Part shown: in pieces, positions 30,758-39,743 of the stretch
Numbering within the stretch: position 1 is the first letter of the stretch
Layout: each line of letters opens with the position of its first letter
Virus record (IMG/VR): IMGVR_UViG_3300035670_010555
Location: 96,001 to 160,000 of that record
From: a virus
Length of the DNA: 64,000 nt
Strand: one strand, 5' to 3'
Made by a program: the position numbers and the translations under genes
The notes under the pieces: generated by a model
Databases searched by the model: none
Told to the model about the DNA's origin: nothing
Seen by the model: only the letters and a program-made list of their open reading frames with translations

Positions 30758-33700
30758 ATGAAAAAAAATCTATTACAAGGGGTTTTATCATTCTTGGTTT
30801 TACTGATGTCGTTTGGACTGACGTATTCTCAAGGGGTAACAACATCAAACATTTCAGGTAAAGTTGCAACCGATACGGGTGAGACATTACCAGGGGCGTT
30901 AGTACTAGCTACTCACACTCCATCGGGAACAAAATATTCTACAGTCACTAATAATGAAGGAAGATATTTAATTCCAAACACAAGGATTGGTGGTCCTTAC
31001 ACAATCACTGTATCATTCATAGGATATAGTACATCATCTACTGATGGAGTATTTTTATCTTTGGGTGTTACTTCAAATATCAATATCCAACTTAAGTCAG
31101 AAGATATTGGTATTGCGGAAGTACTTGTAATGGGAGATAAAAATCCAGTATTTAGCTCCGATAGAACTGGTGCGTCTTCTGCAATTACAAATCAAAACTT
31201 AACTAGATTACCAACCATTTCAAGAAGTATCAATGATTTTACAAGGTTATCACCACAAGCATCAGGTAACTCTTTTGCAGGACAGGATGGTAGATTGAAT
31301 AATATTACTGTTGATGGTTCTTATTTTAACAACTCATTCGGTTTGGGTTCAGGTTCTAATCCAGGTGGTAGAACAGGTGTATCTCCAATCTCTTTGGATG
31401 CTATTGACCAAATCTCAATTAACGTAGCACCTTATGATGTAAGACAAGGTAACTTCGTTGGTGCTGGTGTAAACACAGTAACTCGTTCGGGTACTAACGA
31501 ACTATCTGGTTCGGTTTATGGGTTTAGTAGAAACAACAATTTAGTTGGAACTGAAGCAGGTGAAAAGAAATTTAATCCTGGGCAATTTGATTACAAACAA
31601 TTCGGTTTCCGTTTAGGTGGACCAATCATTAAGGATAAATTATTCTTCTTTGGTTCATTTGAAGATGAAAAAACTACTCAACCAGGAACTACTTTTAGAG
31701 CAAACAAAGGTGGAGAACCTGCGTCTGGTAATGTTACAAGAGTATTGGCTTCTGATTTAGACCAATTGAGTTCATTCTTAAAAACCAAATATGGATATGA
31801 GACAGGACCTTATCAGGGATACGATAACACTACCGCAGCTACCAAGTTTTTGGGTAAGATTGACTGGAACATTAGTGATAAAAACAAATTTAGTTTAAGA
31901 TATACACATTTGGACTCTAATACCGATGTTCTTGCATCTGGTTCATCTTCATTAGGTTTTGGTGGAAGAAACTTTAACCTTAACGCACTTAACTTCCAAA
32001 ATTCAAATTACATTATCAACGAAAACATCCGTTCAATTGTAGGTGAATTGAATAGTAGATTATCCGATAAAGTTACAAACAACTTTATTATTGGATACAC
32101 TTATCAGGATGAGTCACGAGGTTCGAGAGGTGATTTCTTTCCGTTGGTGGATATTCTTAAAGATGGAGCAACTTACACCACTTTTGGTTTTGAGGCTTTC
32201 ACTCCAAGCAACGAATTGAGATACAAGACGTTCCAAATCCAAAACAACTTACAAATCTTTAGAGATAGAAGTACTTGGACATTTGGTGGTAGTTATGAAA
32301 AATATCAATCTGAAAACGTGTTCTTTCCAGGTTCCCAATCCGCTTATGTATTTAACTCTTTAGAAGATTTTTACGCATCTGCAGGTGGAAATGAGGATAT
32401 CACACTCCGAAGATTTCAGGTTAGATACAACAACATTCCTGGTCAAGAAAAACCAGTACAACCACTTTCAGTTGATTACTTTGGTTTGTATGGACAGAAT
32501 GAATTGAGAGTTAGTGATAACTTTACAACTACACTTGGATTGAGAGTTGATGTACCCATCTTTGGTGAGACTGGATTTAGAAATACCGAAGTTGAAGGTA
32601 TGAACTTTGTTGACGCAGATGGTAATACTACAAAGTATAGAACTGATAAACTACCTGATGCAAATCTATTGTGGTCTCCACGAGTTGGTTTTAACTATGA
32701 TGTAAAAGGTGATAAGACCCTTCAATTAAGAGGTGGTACCGGTATCTTTACTGGTAGACCTGCGTATGTATGGGTATCCAATCAAATCGGTAACAACGGT
32801 ATCCTAACTGGATTTGAGAGATTGGATAATACTAAATCAAGACCTTTTTCACCTGATCCAGAAACTTATAAACCACAAGATGTGACAGGTGCTCCGGCTA
32901 AAAACTATGAATTGGCGCTAAGTGATACAGATTTTAAGTTTCCACAAGTATGGAGAACGAACATCGCGGTTGATAAGAAACTACCTGGCGGAATTATCGG
33001 TACAGCTGAATTCATTTACTCAAAAGATGTAAATGGAGTATCTTACCACAACGCAAACCTTGCTCCATCTAACGGAGTATTTGCAGGACCAGACCAGAGA
33101 GTAAGATGGGTTGGTGGAAACACAGCAACAAGAATTAATGGTAAGATTGATAATGCTGTAACTTTGGGTAACCAAGCAATCGGTTCATCTTATGTAGCAT
33201 CCGTTTCTTTGGAAAAACCATTTACTAATGGATTGTACGCAAAAGCAGCATACTCTTATGGTATTACCGAAAACACAGTTGATGCAGGTTCAATCGCATT
33301 CGGTTCTTGGAATAACAGACCTCATAGTGGAAACCCGAATAATAATGAATTAGGATTATCCTCAAACTCAATGGGACATAGAGTATTTACTGCATTGAGT
33401 TACTCTAAAGATTTCTTCTCATTCGGTAATACATCCGTTGGTTTGTTTTGGGAAGGTAGAACTATCGGTAACTACTCTTATGTATATGGCGGTGACTTGA
33501 ATGGAGATGGTGGATTTTCTAATGATTTGATTTACATTCACAAAGATAAGAGTGAAATGAGATTTGTACCATTCACATCTTCAGGAAAATCATTCACTGC
33601 GGAAGAACAAGCATCCGCATGGGAAGCGTTTATCCTACAAGATAAATACCTAAGTGCAAATAGAGGTTCAGTAGCGGAAAGAGGAGCGGCATTCTTACCT

Positions 33701-34006
33701 ATGGTATTCCGTGCTGATTTCAACTTTACCCAACAACTATTCACCAACATCGGTGGTAAGAGAAATACCTTAGAGTTTAGAGCAGATGTTCTAAATGTTG
33801 GTAACCTATTGAATAGTGCATGGGGTGTTGGACAATTTGTAACATCTACTTCACCATTAGTTCCAGCAGGAACAACTTCAAGTGGTGAACCACAATTCAG
33901 ATTAAGAAATCTTGGTAATCAATTGATTACACAAACATTTCAACCAACCGTTGGTGTAGGAGATGTTTGGAGAGCTCAATTTGGATTGAGATATAGTTTT
34001 AATTAA
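30758..34006 (+). CDS. TonB-dependent outer-membrane receptor (Oar-like, N-terminal carboxypeptidase-regulatory-like domain)
   Basis: Signal peptide; ISGKV..DTGETLPGA.V; plug NNITVDG...ISLDAI; WSPRVGFNYD; C-terminal GLRYSFN barrel end. Confidence 0.9.
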   Translation: MKKNLLQGVLSFLVLLMSFGLTYSQGVTTSNISGKVATDTGETLPGALVLATHTPSGTKYSTVTNNEGRYLIPNTRIGGPYTITVSFIGYSTSSTDGVFLSLGVTSNINIQLKSEDIGIAEVLVMGDKNPVFSSDRTGASSAITNQNLTRLPTISRSINDFTRLSPQASGNSFAGQDGRLNNITVDGSYFNNSFGLGSGSNPGGRTGVSPISLDAIDQISINVAPYDVRQGNFVGAGVNTVTRSGTNELSGSVYGFSRNNNLVGTEAGEKKFNPGQFDYKQFGFRLGGPIIKDKLFFFGSFEDEKTTQPGTTFRANKGGEPASGNVTRVLASDLDQLSSFLKTKYGYETGPYQGYDNTTAATKFLGKIDWNISDKNKFSLRYTHLDSNTDVLASGSSSLGFGGRNFNLNALNFQNSNYIINENIRSIVGELNSRLSDKVTNNFIIGYTYQDESRGSRGDFFPLVDILKDGATYTTFGFEAFTPSNELRYKTFQIQNNLQIFRDRSTWTFGGSYEKYQSENVFFPGSQSAYVFNSLEDFYASAGGNEDITLRRFQVRYNNIPGQEKPVQPLSVDYFGLYGQNELRVSDNFTTTLGLRVDVPIFGETGFRNTEVEGMNFVDADGNTTKYRTDKLPDANLLWSPRVGFNYDVKGDKTLQLRGGTGIFTGRPAYVWVSNQIGNNGILTGFERLDNTKSRPFSPDPETYKPQDVTGAPAKNYELALSDTDFKFPQVWRTNIAVDKKLPGGIIGTAEFIYSKDVNGVSYHNANLAPSNGVFAGPDQRVRWVGGNTATRINGKIDNAVTLGNQAIGSSYVASVSLEKPFTNGLYAKAAYSYGITENTVDAGSIAFGSWNNRPHSGNPNNNELGLSSNSMGHRVFTALSYSKDFFSFGNTSVGLFWEGRTIGNYSYVYGGDLNGDGGFSNDLIYIHKDKSEMRFVPFTSSGKSFTAEEQASAWEAFILQDKYLSANRGSVAERGAAFLPMVFRADFNFTQQLFTNIGGKRNTLEFRADVLNVGNLLNSAWGVGQFVTSTSPLVPAGTTSSGEPQFRLRNLGNQLITQTFQPTVGVGDVWRAQFGLRYSFN

Positions 34007-34055
34007 AAATTAAAAATCCCTCGAATATTCGGGGGATTTTTTTTATATTTACAAA

Positions 34056-34403
34056 ATGGATATAACCAAAATACTACTAGCCACCCTCTTTATGATTTTA
34101 GGACAAATTGGGTCTTTTATGCAATTACAAGGGTCAATTAAATATGGTTGGTCGGAAAAATACCTTTGGTTACTTCTACTGTCAGGAATTCCAATCAGTT
34201 ATTTATATATAAAGTCTGTAAATCTTTACGTACAAGGTTTTGGTGGCCAGATCTGGCCAAGCAGATTGGTTGGGTTTGCATTAGGTGTTGTAATATTTAC
34301 AATATTGTCTTCAGTTCTTTTTCAAGAACACCTGAACCTCAAAACGGTCATAAGTTTAGTTCTTGCATTCACTATTGTTGGAATACAAATATTTTGGAAA
34401 TGA
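34056..34403 (+). CDS. Small 4-TM membrane protein (SMR/EamA-like)
   Basis: Four hydrophobic segments; F.E.L.LK pattern near the C-terminus. Confidence 0.55.
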   Translation: MDITKILLATLFMILGQIGSFMQLQGSIKYGWSEKYLWLLLLSGIPISYLYIKSVNLYVQGFGGQIWPSRLVGFALGVVIFTILSSVLFQEHLNLKTVISLVLAFTIVGIQIFWK

Positions 34404-35005
34404 AAGTAATATTCTTAGATAACGATGGAGTTATCTGTTTAAGTAGTAATTGGGGTTCCCGTCACAAAAAACAAAAAAAGTGGGGTGGAAGGAAACTATC
34501 CATGTCTATATCATCTATTCCTGTAGAATATCGTTTCGATAATTTTGACAAAAAGGCGGTAAAAGTTCTAAATCAAATATTAGAAACCACAGGTGCTGAA
34601 ATCGTGGTTAGTTCTGATTGGAGATTACATGCCACTTTGGAAGAATTGGGAGAATACTATACATCTCAAGGTGTCATCAAAAAACCAATCGGATTTACCG
34701 AAATATTTCACTACAAAAATTGGTTGGAAGAAGGTAGAATTCCTTCCGATTTTGATTGGAACAGAACTGACGGTCGAGAACAAGAAAGACACTTTGAGAT
34801 TAAAGATTGGTTGAAATCACATCCCGAAGTTACACATTGGGTAGCCGTTGATGACCTTCATATGGGCATTCATGTTACAAACAGCTCTTATGGTCCATTT
34901 GACAGAGATTGGGGGTTAGAACACTTCGTATGGACACCTAGAATGTGGGAGGGTATTAAACAAAGTGGAATTAAACAAAAAATAATAAAACATTTATTAT
35001 GCTAG
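34400..35005 (+). CDS. HAD-superfamily phosphatase (RNA-repair-associated HAD type)
   Basis: Start revised to ATG 34400; FLDNDGV, IVVSSDWR and WVAVDD motifs. Confidence 0.75.
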   Translation: MKVIFLDNDGVICLSSNWGSRHKKQKKWGGRKLSMSISSIPVEYRFDNFDKKAVKVLNQILETTGAEIVVSSDWRLHATLEELGEYYTSQGVIKKPIGFTEIFHYKNWLEEGRIPSDFDWNRTDGREQERHFEIKDWLKSHPEVTHWVAVDDLHMGIHVTNSSYGPFDRDWGLEHFVWTPRMWEGIKQSGIKQKIIKHLLC

Positions 35006-35193
35006 TTAACATTAAAAAAGTATTGGAAGAAAGAGGAGAAGTTGGAAAATTTGACGGAGTTGCTCCCGAAGGGTTTGTTTTAGTTCACGAGAAAGCATTA
35101 GAACAACTTAAAGATTTTGACACATGGAAAATGTGGAAACATAATCAAATCACCATAAAAAAATTGAATAAAACTAACTTTAATAATAGTTAA
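34999..35193 (+). CDS. Small hypothetical protein
   Basis: 64-aa ORF coupled to the upstream gene. Confidence 0.5.
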   Translation: MLVNIKKVLEERGEVGKFDGVAPEGFVLVHEKALEQLKDFDTWKMWKHNQITIKKLNKTNFNNS

Positions 35194-35199
35194 TAATAT

Positions 35200-35532
35200 A
35201 TGATAGATTTTATTAAAATTTCACCCAAAAGAGATATCTTAAAAACAATAAGTTATAGAATTGCAAGTAGTGTTATTGGTTTTTTTGTACTGTGGATCTT
35301 CTTCGGAATAATGGTGGGAGTCTCATTCAGTTTATTTGAGTTATTTTGTAAACCATTACTATACTATATTCACGAAAGAATGTGGTATAGATATATAAAG
35401 TTCGGTGTTACAAAAGTTGAAGATCCTATTAAACCTGATTTCCGTATTATGGATTCAATATCTACTGAGGTTGCGGAAAATGTAACAACTACAGGGCCAA
35501 AAAGATTAGTTTATACAAAGAAGACCGAATAG
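35200..35532 (+). CDS. DUF2061-like membrane protein
   Basis: KTISYRI...LYYIHERMW motif. Confidence 0.7.
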   Translation: MIDFIKISPKRDILKTISYRIASSVIGFFVLWIFFGIMVGVSFSLFELFCKPLLYYIHERMWYRYIKFGVTKVEDPIKPDFRIMDSISTEVAENVTTTGPKRLVYTKKTE

Positions 35533-35567
35533 CTCGGTCTTTTTTTTTGTCTTGATATTTATTAAGT

Positions 35568-36275
35568 ATGAGTATCGAAAAAAATATTTTTAGAATTTTA
35601 GAAGAGATTAAGAAATCGGAAGAACTTATATCAGAAGCCATCATTTTGAGTGAATCGAGCACCTTTTCACCACCCCTTAATAAACTTAAAGTGACCTCTG
35701 GTTTCGGCCCAAGATGGGGAAAACATCATGATGGAGTTGATTTAGCGGCAGTGGACGAACCAGTCAAATCTCTCGCAGATGGAGTTGTAGTTACAACTCA
35801 TCCCGATAAATATCCTTGTGGAGGAACCATTGTCATTCAACACTCAAATGGATATACCACAGGTTTTTGTCATATGCAAAAAATAAACGTACAAGTTGGA
35901 CAAAATGTAAAAAAGGGAGATATAATCGGAATCACTGGAGGTGGCAAAAATGATCCAGGTAAAGGTAGAAGTGATGGGAAACACTTACATTTGACTATAA
36001 GAAAAGACGGAAAACCTTTAGACCCTATGAAATTCATAGATAAAGAAGGTGTATTAGTTGGTACAGTACCTATATCACCAATATCTGGTACTGACGTATC
36101 AACTGATTCAACATCAAGTTCGGACAGTAAAGGTACCGCACCGGAATTTGGAATTGCTGACTTTGATTTCTTAACGGGAAATATTAAAGGGAATATTGCC
36201 GATTTTGATTTTATTAAAGGAATTAAAGAACGAAAAATTTCGGAAAATATAGAAAGAATAAAAAAAATGTTATAA
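35568..36275 (+). CDS. M23-family peptidoglycan peptidase
   Basis: SGFGPR..HDGVD...H...V..G..V.KG...HLH motifs. Confidence 0.88.
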   Translation: MSIEKNIFRILEEIKKSEELISEAIILSESSTFSPPLNKLKVTSGFGPRWGKHHDGVDLAAVDEPVKSLADGVVVTTHPDKYPCGGTIVIQHSNGYTTGFCHMQKINVQVGQNVKKGDIIGITGGGKNDPGKGRSDGKHLHLTIRKDGKPLDPMKFIDKEGVLVGTVPISPISGTDVSTDSTSSSDSKGTAPEFGIADFDFLTGNIKGNIADFDFIKGIKERKISENIERIKKML

Positions 36276-36320
36276 AAAAACCCACCTTATGGTGGGTTAT
36301 TTTTTTTGGTTAAGTTGAGA

Positions 36321-36527
36321 TTACTTTACTGCCTCACCTTGAGCGGCTTCAACTTCCACGCCTTCAGCTCCACCACCAACTTCAACTGCTACTGTGTCAG
36401 CAACAACTGCAGTTGAATCTACAACTACCTCTGTGGAATCAGCTGCAACAGTTTCAACTGCTTTACCTCCACAAGATGCAAGAATCATGGTAGAAAGGAT
36501 TGCGAATACTACTAAATTTTTTTTCAT
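36321..36527 (-). CDS. Small lipoprotein
   Basis: Signal peptide with LASC lipobox; acidic Val/Ala-rich tail. Confidence 0.7.
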   Translation of the reverse strand: MKKNLVVFAILSTMILASCGGKAVETVAADSTEVVVDSTAVVADTVAVEVGGGAEGVEVEAAQGEAVK

Positions 36528-36626
36528 TTTTTTGTGTTTTTTTGTTTTTTATTTAATTTACGAACTATAAATATACGAAAGTTTATTGAGTTGGTCAAAT
36601 TTTTTGTATTTTTCACAAAACTTTTT

Positions 36627-36965
36627 TTAAGATAAAATCTGTATAAAGTAATATGATAGCTTATATCCTGTGAAAGCCCCTAATGTAGATGGAATTGGAA
36701 ATACTATTAACTTACCCAAATCTGTAACATATTTAGGTCTGTTAACAATTTTACCCATAAAGAAATAATAAGTTAGATAACCTATTAAAACCGCCAAATC
36801 AGTTTTAGTTGCAATAAACACAATTAAAGTTGCAGCAATGAATCCAAAGATAAAATTATCTCGGACTCCTTCCCAAATCTCATAAGGGCTCGCGTCTTTA
36901 TATTCTTTTATAATCTTGTTGAATTTGGTTTTGTTACCAACCTTCCTTTTTATTTCAATTTCCAT
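36627..36965 (-). CDS. Hypothetical membrane protein
   Basis: Three hydrophobic segments; starts immediately after tRNA-Ile. Confidence 0.55.
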   Translation of the reverse strand: MEIEIKRKVGNKTKFNKIIKEYKDASPYEIWEGVRDNFIFGFIAATLIVFIATKTDLAVLIGYLTYYFFMGKIVNRPKYVTDLGKLIVFPIPSTLGAFTGYKLSYYFIQILS

Positions 36966-36966
36966 G

Positions 36967-37040
36967 TTGGGATAGGTGGACTCGAACCACCAACCTTTCG
37001 CGTATCAGACGAATGCTCTAACCAATTGAGCTATATCCCA
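36967..37040 (-). tRNA. tRNA-Ile(GAT)
   Basis: Cloverleaf; anticodon arm ttcgt-CTGATAC-gcgaa. Confidence 0.9.
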
Positions 37041-37056
37041 TTATTGTAAGTAAAAG

Positions 37057-37130
37057 AGCGGGTAGTGAGATTCGAACTCACAACTTCCGACTTGGAAGGA
37101 CGGCACTCTAGCCAATTGAGCTATACCCGC
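37057..37130 (-). tRNA. tRNA-Gly(TCC)
   Basis: Anticodon arm ccgtc-CTTCCAA-gtcgg; U73. Confidence 0.9.
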
Positions 37131-37139
37131 TTTTTTGTG

Positions 37140-37290
37140 CTGTAAGAGGTGGATTCGAACCACCACGAGGAGATTCAACAAATAACATATCGCCGGCCGG
37201 CTGGTGGTCTACCCCCTCATATTATTTGTCTATTTCTTAATCCCCACCCCCGAGACAGGAGGGCTTGTCTGCCAATTTCAACACCTTACA
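37140..37290 (-). ncRNA. tRNA-Asp(GTC)-like RNA with an extra arm of about 80 nt
   Basis: Acceptor TGTAAGG/TCTTACA-G, class-II-like D-arm, ccctc-CTGTCTC-ggggg, long paired extra arm and canonical T-arm. Confidence 0.7.
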
Positions 37291-37295
37291 AAATG

Positions 37296-37380
37296 CAGAG
37301 AGTATTGGATTCGAACCAATGCATCCCTTTCGAGATGACAGATTAGCAATCTGCTCCTTTAACCACTCAGGCAACTCTCT
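37296..37380 (-). tRNA. tRNA-Ser(GCT)
   Basis: gcaga-TTGCTAA-tctgt; long variable arm; G73. Confidence 0.9.
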
Positions 37381-37433
37381 ATTAATGTTCCAAAACTCAC
37401 TTTTTTTTAATGTTTTGGACCCTGAATAACTTG

Positions 37434-37504
37434 ATGTCTCATCAGGATTCGAACCTGAAATAACTGAACCAAAATCAGTTGTGTTACCGTTACACCATGA
37501 GACA
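37434..37504 (-). tRNA. tRNA-Gln(TTG)
   Basis: actga-TTTTGGT-tcagt; U1-A72. Confidence 0.9.
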
Positions 37505-37585
37505 GTTTAGACAGACCTTAGGAGACGTATTATTCTCTTCATTATCCTTGTACTTTAACACCGTGGGAAGCGTGTGTCTGTCTTG

Positions 37586-37667
37586 TGGGAACGATAGGAC
37601 TCGAACCTATGAACTCCGAAGAGAGGGGTTTTACAGACCCCGGCAATTGCCGCTATGCGACGTTCCC
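37586..37667 (-). tRNA. tRNA-Tyr(GTA)
   Basis: ggggt-CTGTAAA-acccc; variable arm. Confidence 0.9.
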
Positions 37668-37806
37668 AAAATAAGGAAAGGAGAAGATGGTTCCGTGGAC
37701 ATCTCCTTTTACGATTGGCATTACTACGATGATTCCAAACTCCAAATGTACCACCTCCATCATCAGGTTAACATACATTCCTTCCCCAATCAACCTTTAT
37801 AACTAG

Positions 37807-37877
37807 CACACCCACCAAGACTCGAACTTGGAACAACGGTTTTGGAGACCGGTATGATGCCATTTCACCATAGATGC
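37807..37877 (-). tRNA. tRNA-Trp(CCA)
   Basis: ccggt-CTCCAAA-accgt; acceptor stem has several G.U pairs. Confidence 0.8.
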
Positions 37878-38294
37878 TTACTTGTTCAACAACCAAGATG
37901 ACGATTGAATTTTATCTCCTAGTCCATCAATTAATTTAACCCCTAACCAATCACAAATCGGTGTCTCAGGGATGCTATTATTGTTTTGGTCTCCACCATT
38001 AGCGAATAGGAATTCGTCGTCCCTATCCCCCAAAGAATGAATCAATTCGATTGTCTTACACACAGTTCGATCTGTGTCAACTGAAAGAAATACTCTGTCA
38101 ACCATTTTCAGATTTTGGATGATTAACATTCTCTCATTCTCATCTTGGAATTCTTTACTACCCTTCAACTCCCTCTGTTTGTCATTGTTGACAATGACAT
38201 AGAGTTTGTCACCATGTTCTTTGGACTTATTGAAATATTCAATATGTCCCTTATGAACAGGATTAAAATATCCGCTTACAATTACAATTTTCAT
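37878..38294 (-). CDS. HxGH cytidylyl/adenylyltransferase-family protein
   Basis: SGYFNPVHKGH and ANGGD...SSS motifs. Confidence 0.8.
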   Translation of the reverse strand: MKIVIVSGYFNPVHKGHIEYFNKSKEHGDKLYVIVNNDKQRELKGSKEFQDENERMLIIQNLKMVDRVFLSVDTDRTVCKTIELIHSLGDRDDEFLFANGGDQNNNSIPETPICDWLGVKLIDGLGDKIQSSSWLLNK

Positions 38295-38479
38295 TTCGTT
38301 TCGTAGGTTAAAGTTTCTAATTCCAATTCACTTTCATAGAAATATGGACAAGCCCACCTAGGTTTATCACATTTAAGTTTTACCATCGATCCTCTGTAAA
38401 ATCCAACCGCTACGACTGTCGCCCATCCTGAACATCTTGTTTTAACTCTATCTCCAACTTTTAATTCACTAAATGTCAT
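38291..38479 (-). CDS. Small SH3-like hypothetical protein
   Basis: LKVGDRVK motif; coupled to neighbours. Confidence 0.5.
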   Translation of the reverse strand: MTFSELKVGDRVKTRCSGWATVVAVGFYRGSMVKLKCDKPRWACPYFYESELELETLTYETK

Positions 38480-38777
38480 CTTCTACGGTGTTTAATTCAA
38501 AGTTACTAAATTTTAGTCCCCACATCAAAGAAATCATAGACATTTCTCTTTCAGCCATTTTAGCATACAAACGAAGTTCTTTCATAAGGTATTTTTTACC
38601 CCACTTTTTCCATTCTTCGTTTTGTTCCATAGTCATAGTCCAATCAGTATACCAACTATCCTTACGGTCCTTGATATCGTCATAGGTCACAGGATGACCT
38701 GCAATTTCGAACATCTTGTTTATCATATCGATAACCATTTTTTGTTTTTTCTGTTCTTTAGATAATCTTGGTTTCAT
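38469..38777 (-). CDS. Hypothetical protein
   Basis: 102-aa Trp/Met-rich ORF within the tRNA operon. Confidence 0.55.
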   Translation of the reverse strand: MKPRLSKEQKKQKMVIDMINKMFEIAGHPVTYDDIKDRKDSWYTDWTMTMEQNEEWKKWGKKYLMKELRLYAKMAEREMSMISLMWGLKFSNFELNTVEDDI

Positions 38778-38802
38778 AATTTTCTTTGTTTATTGGTTGA
38801 TG

Positions 38803-38876
38803 AGGTCAGAATCGGATTCGAACCGATGGATACTTGTTTTGCAGACAAGCCCCTTAAGCCACTTGGGTATCTGACC
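38803..38876 (-). tRNA. tRNA-Cys(GCA)
   Basis: cttgt-CTGCAAA-acaag; U73. Confidence 0.9.
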
Positions 38877-38885
38877 ATTTATAAT

Positions 38886-38953
38886 GTGTCAGGACGGGTT
38901 TCTAACCCGCTCCTCAGTTAACTACTGTGTGCTGCCATTTACACCACCTGACT
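38886..38953 (-). ncRNA. Degenerate AGTCAGG-family tRNA-like element (E0)
   Basis: Same acceptor strands (AGTCAGG/CCTGAC) as E1-E8; altered T-loop (GGTTAGAAACC); short interior. Confidence 0.55.
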
Positions 38954-38957
38954 ATTG

Positions 38958-39029
38958 TGTGACCGAAGAGAATCGAACTCTTACCTGAAGTGCCACAAAC
39001 TTCCGCCCTCCCACTAGGCTACGGCCACC
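38958..39029 (-). tRNA. tRNA-His(GTG)
   Basis: gaagt-TTGTGGC-acttc; genomic G-1 present; position 73 reads A. Confidence 0.85.
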
Positions 39030-39099
39030 ATATAATAATTTAGATTTCTAAAACTCATCCTCGAAAGGGTAAAGAAACTCCATCTTATTTGTTTTTTGC

Positions 39100-39248
39100 G
39101 TAGTCAGGACAGGATTCGAACCTGTATTTGTGGAGCACCATCTCCAACGTCTGAATCGAACAGAACCAATCAATCCTCTACGGGTGGTACATCTGCAGCT
39201 GTACCACTTATTCAAGAACAGCGTCTAACCAATTCCGCCACCTGACTA
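39100..39248 (-). ncRNA. tRNA-Leu-like scaffold with unique insert (E1)
   Basis: AGTCAGG-TGGCGGAATTGGTTAGACGC ... ACAGGTTCGAATCCTGT-CCTGACT-A; the interior contains hairpins and a second T-arm-like ctgTTCGATTcag. Confidence 0.75.
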
Positions 39249-39254
39249 TCCTAA

Positions 39255-39461
39255 TTATTTACCTCCTCCGTCACCATCAAGATATATCAATCTTACTGTT
39301 TCACCACTACCTATATTATGAATAGTAAAGGTAGGATATGAACCGTCTTCATTTCTTTTGTTAATAGTGTCAGTTGGCCAAATTTCAAAACCATGTTCCC
39401 AACACAGATGGTCTAATTTATCAATAAACTCATCAGTTTCTTTACTTATTTCTTTTTCCAT
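39255..39461 (-). CDS. Small hypothetical protein (inside the direct-repeat-flanked cassette)
   Basis: 68-aa ORF with AATTAAAAGTT-ATG start context. Confidence 0.55.
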   Translation of the reverse strand: MEKEISKETDEFIDKLDHLCWEHGFEIWPTDTINKRNEDGSYPTFTIHNIGSGETVRLIYLDGDGGGK

Positions 39462-39470
39462 AACTTTTAA

Positions 39471-39572
39471 TTACAAAAGTCTATACCAAATCTTAATTGT
39501 CATATCTCTTTGAGGGGATGGTTTTAGTTTTGACCATCTGTCAATCCATTCTTTAATTTCTTCTTTACTCAT
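39471..39572 (-). CDS. 33-aa small protein (MSKEEIKEWIDRWSKLKPSPQRDMTIKIWYRLL)
   Basis: Read manually; same AATTAAAAGTT-ATG start context as its neighbour. Confidence 0.5.
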   Translation of the reverse strand: MSKEEIKEWIDRWSKLKPSPQRDMTIKIWYRLL

Positions 39573-39594
39573 AACTTTTAATTTTTTCACCTGA

Positions 39595-39732
39595 CTATCC
39601 TAATTTCCACCACCTACCACATTTTTGACATTCTTGTGGTCCATATGCTTTATGCATTTTATGTTTATCTAAAACAAAATCATGTACAAATAAACACCAT
39701 ACGTTTCCAAATTGTCTAATAATCCATTTCAT
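39595..39732 (-). CDS. 45-aa putative Zn-binding protein (C...H...CxxC)
   Basis: Read manually: MKWIIRQFGNVWCLFVHDF...ECQKCGRWWKLG*; its TAG stop overlaps a TAGTCAGG element end. Confidence 0.55.
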   Translation of the reverse strand: MKWIIRQFGNVWCLFVHDFVLDKHKMHKAYGPQECQKCGRWWKLG

Positions 39733-39743
39733 ATATTTTTTAA

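Noticed and set aside
34148-34399. N-terminal extension of the HAD ORF
   Set aside because: It overlaps the membrane-protein gene; the HAD motif starts at ATG 34400, coupled to the upstream stop.
37672-37800. Hammerhead ribozyme suggested by CTGATGA on the minus strand
   Set aside because: No properly placed stem II and GAAA core was found.
37149-37802. Plus-strand ORFs across the tRNA cluster (also 40046, 41441, 41688, 43117, 43723)
   Set aside because: They are antisense to clear tRNAs or scaffolds and have no protein-like features.
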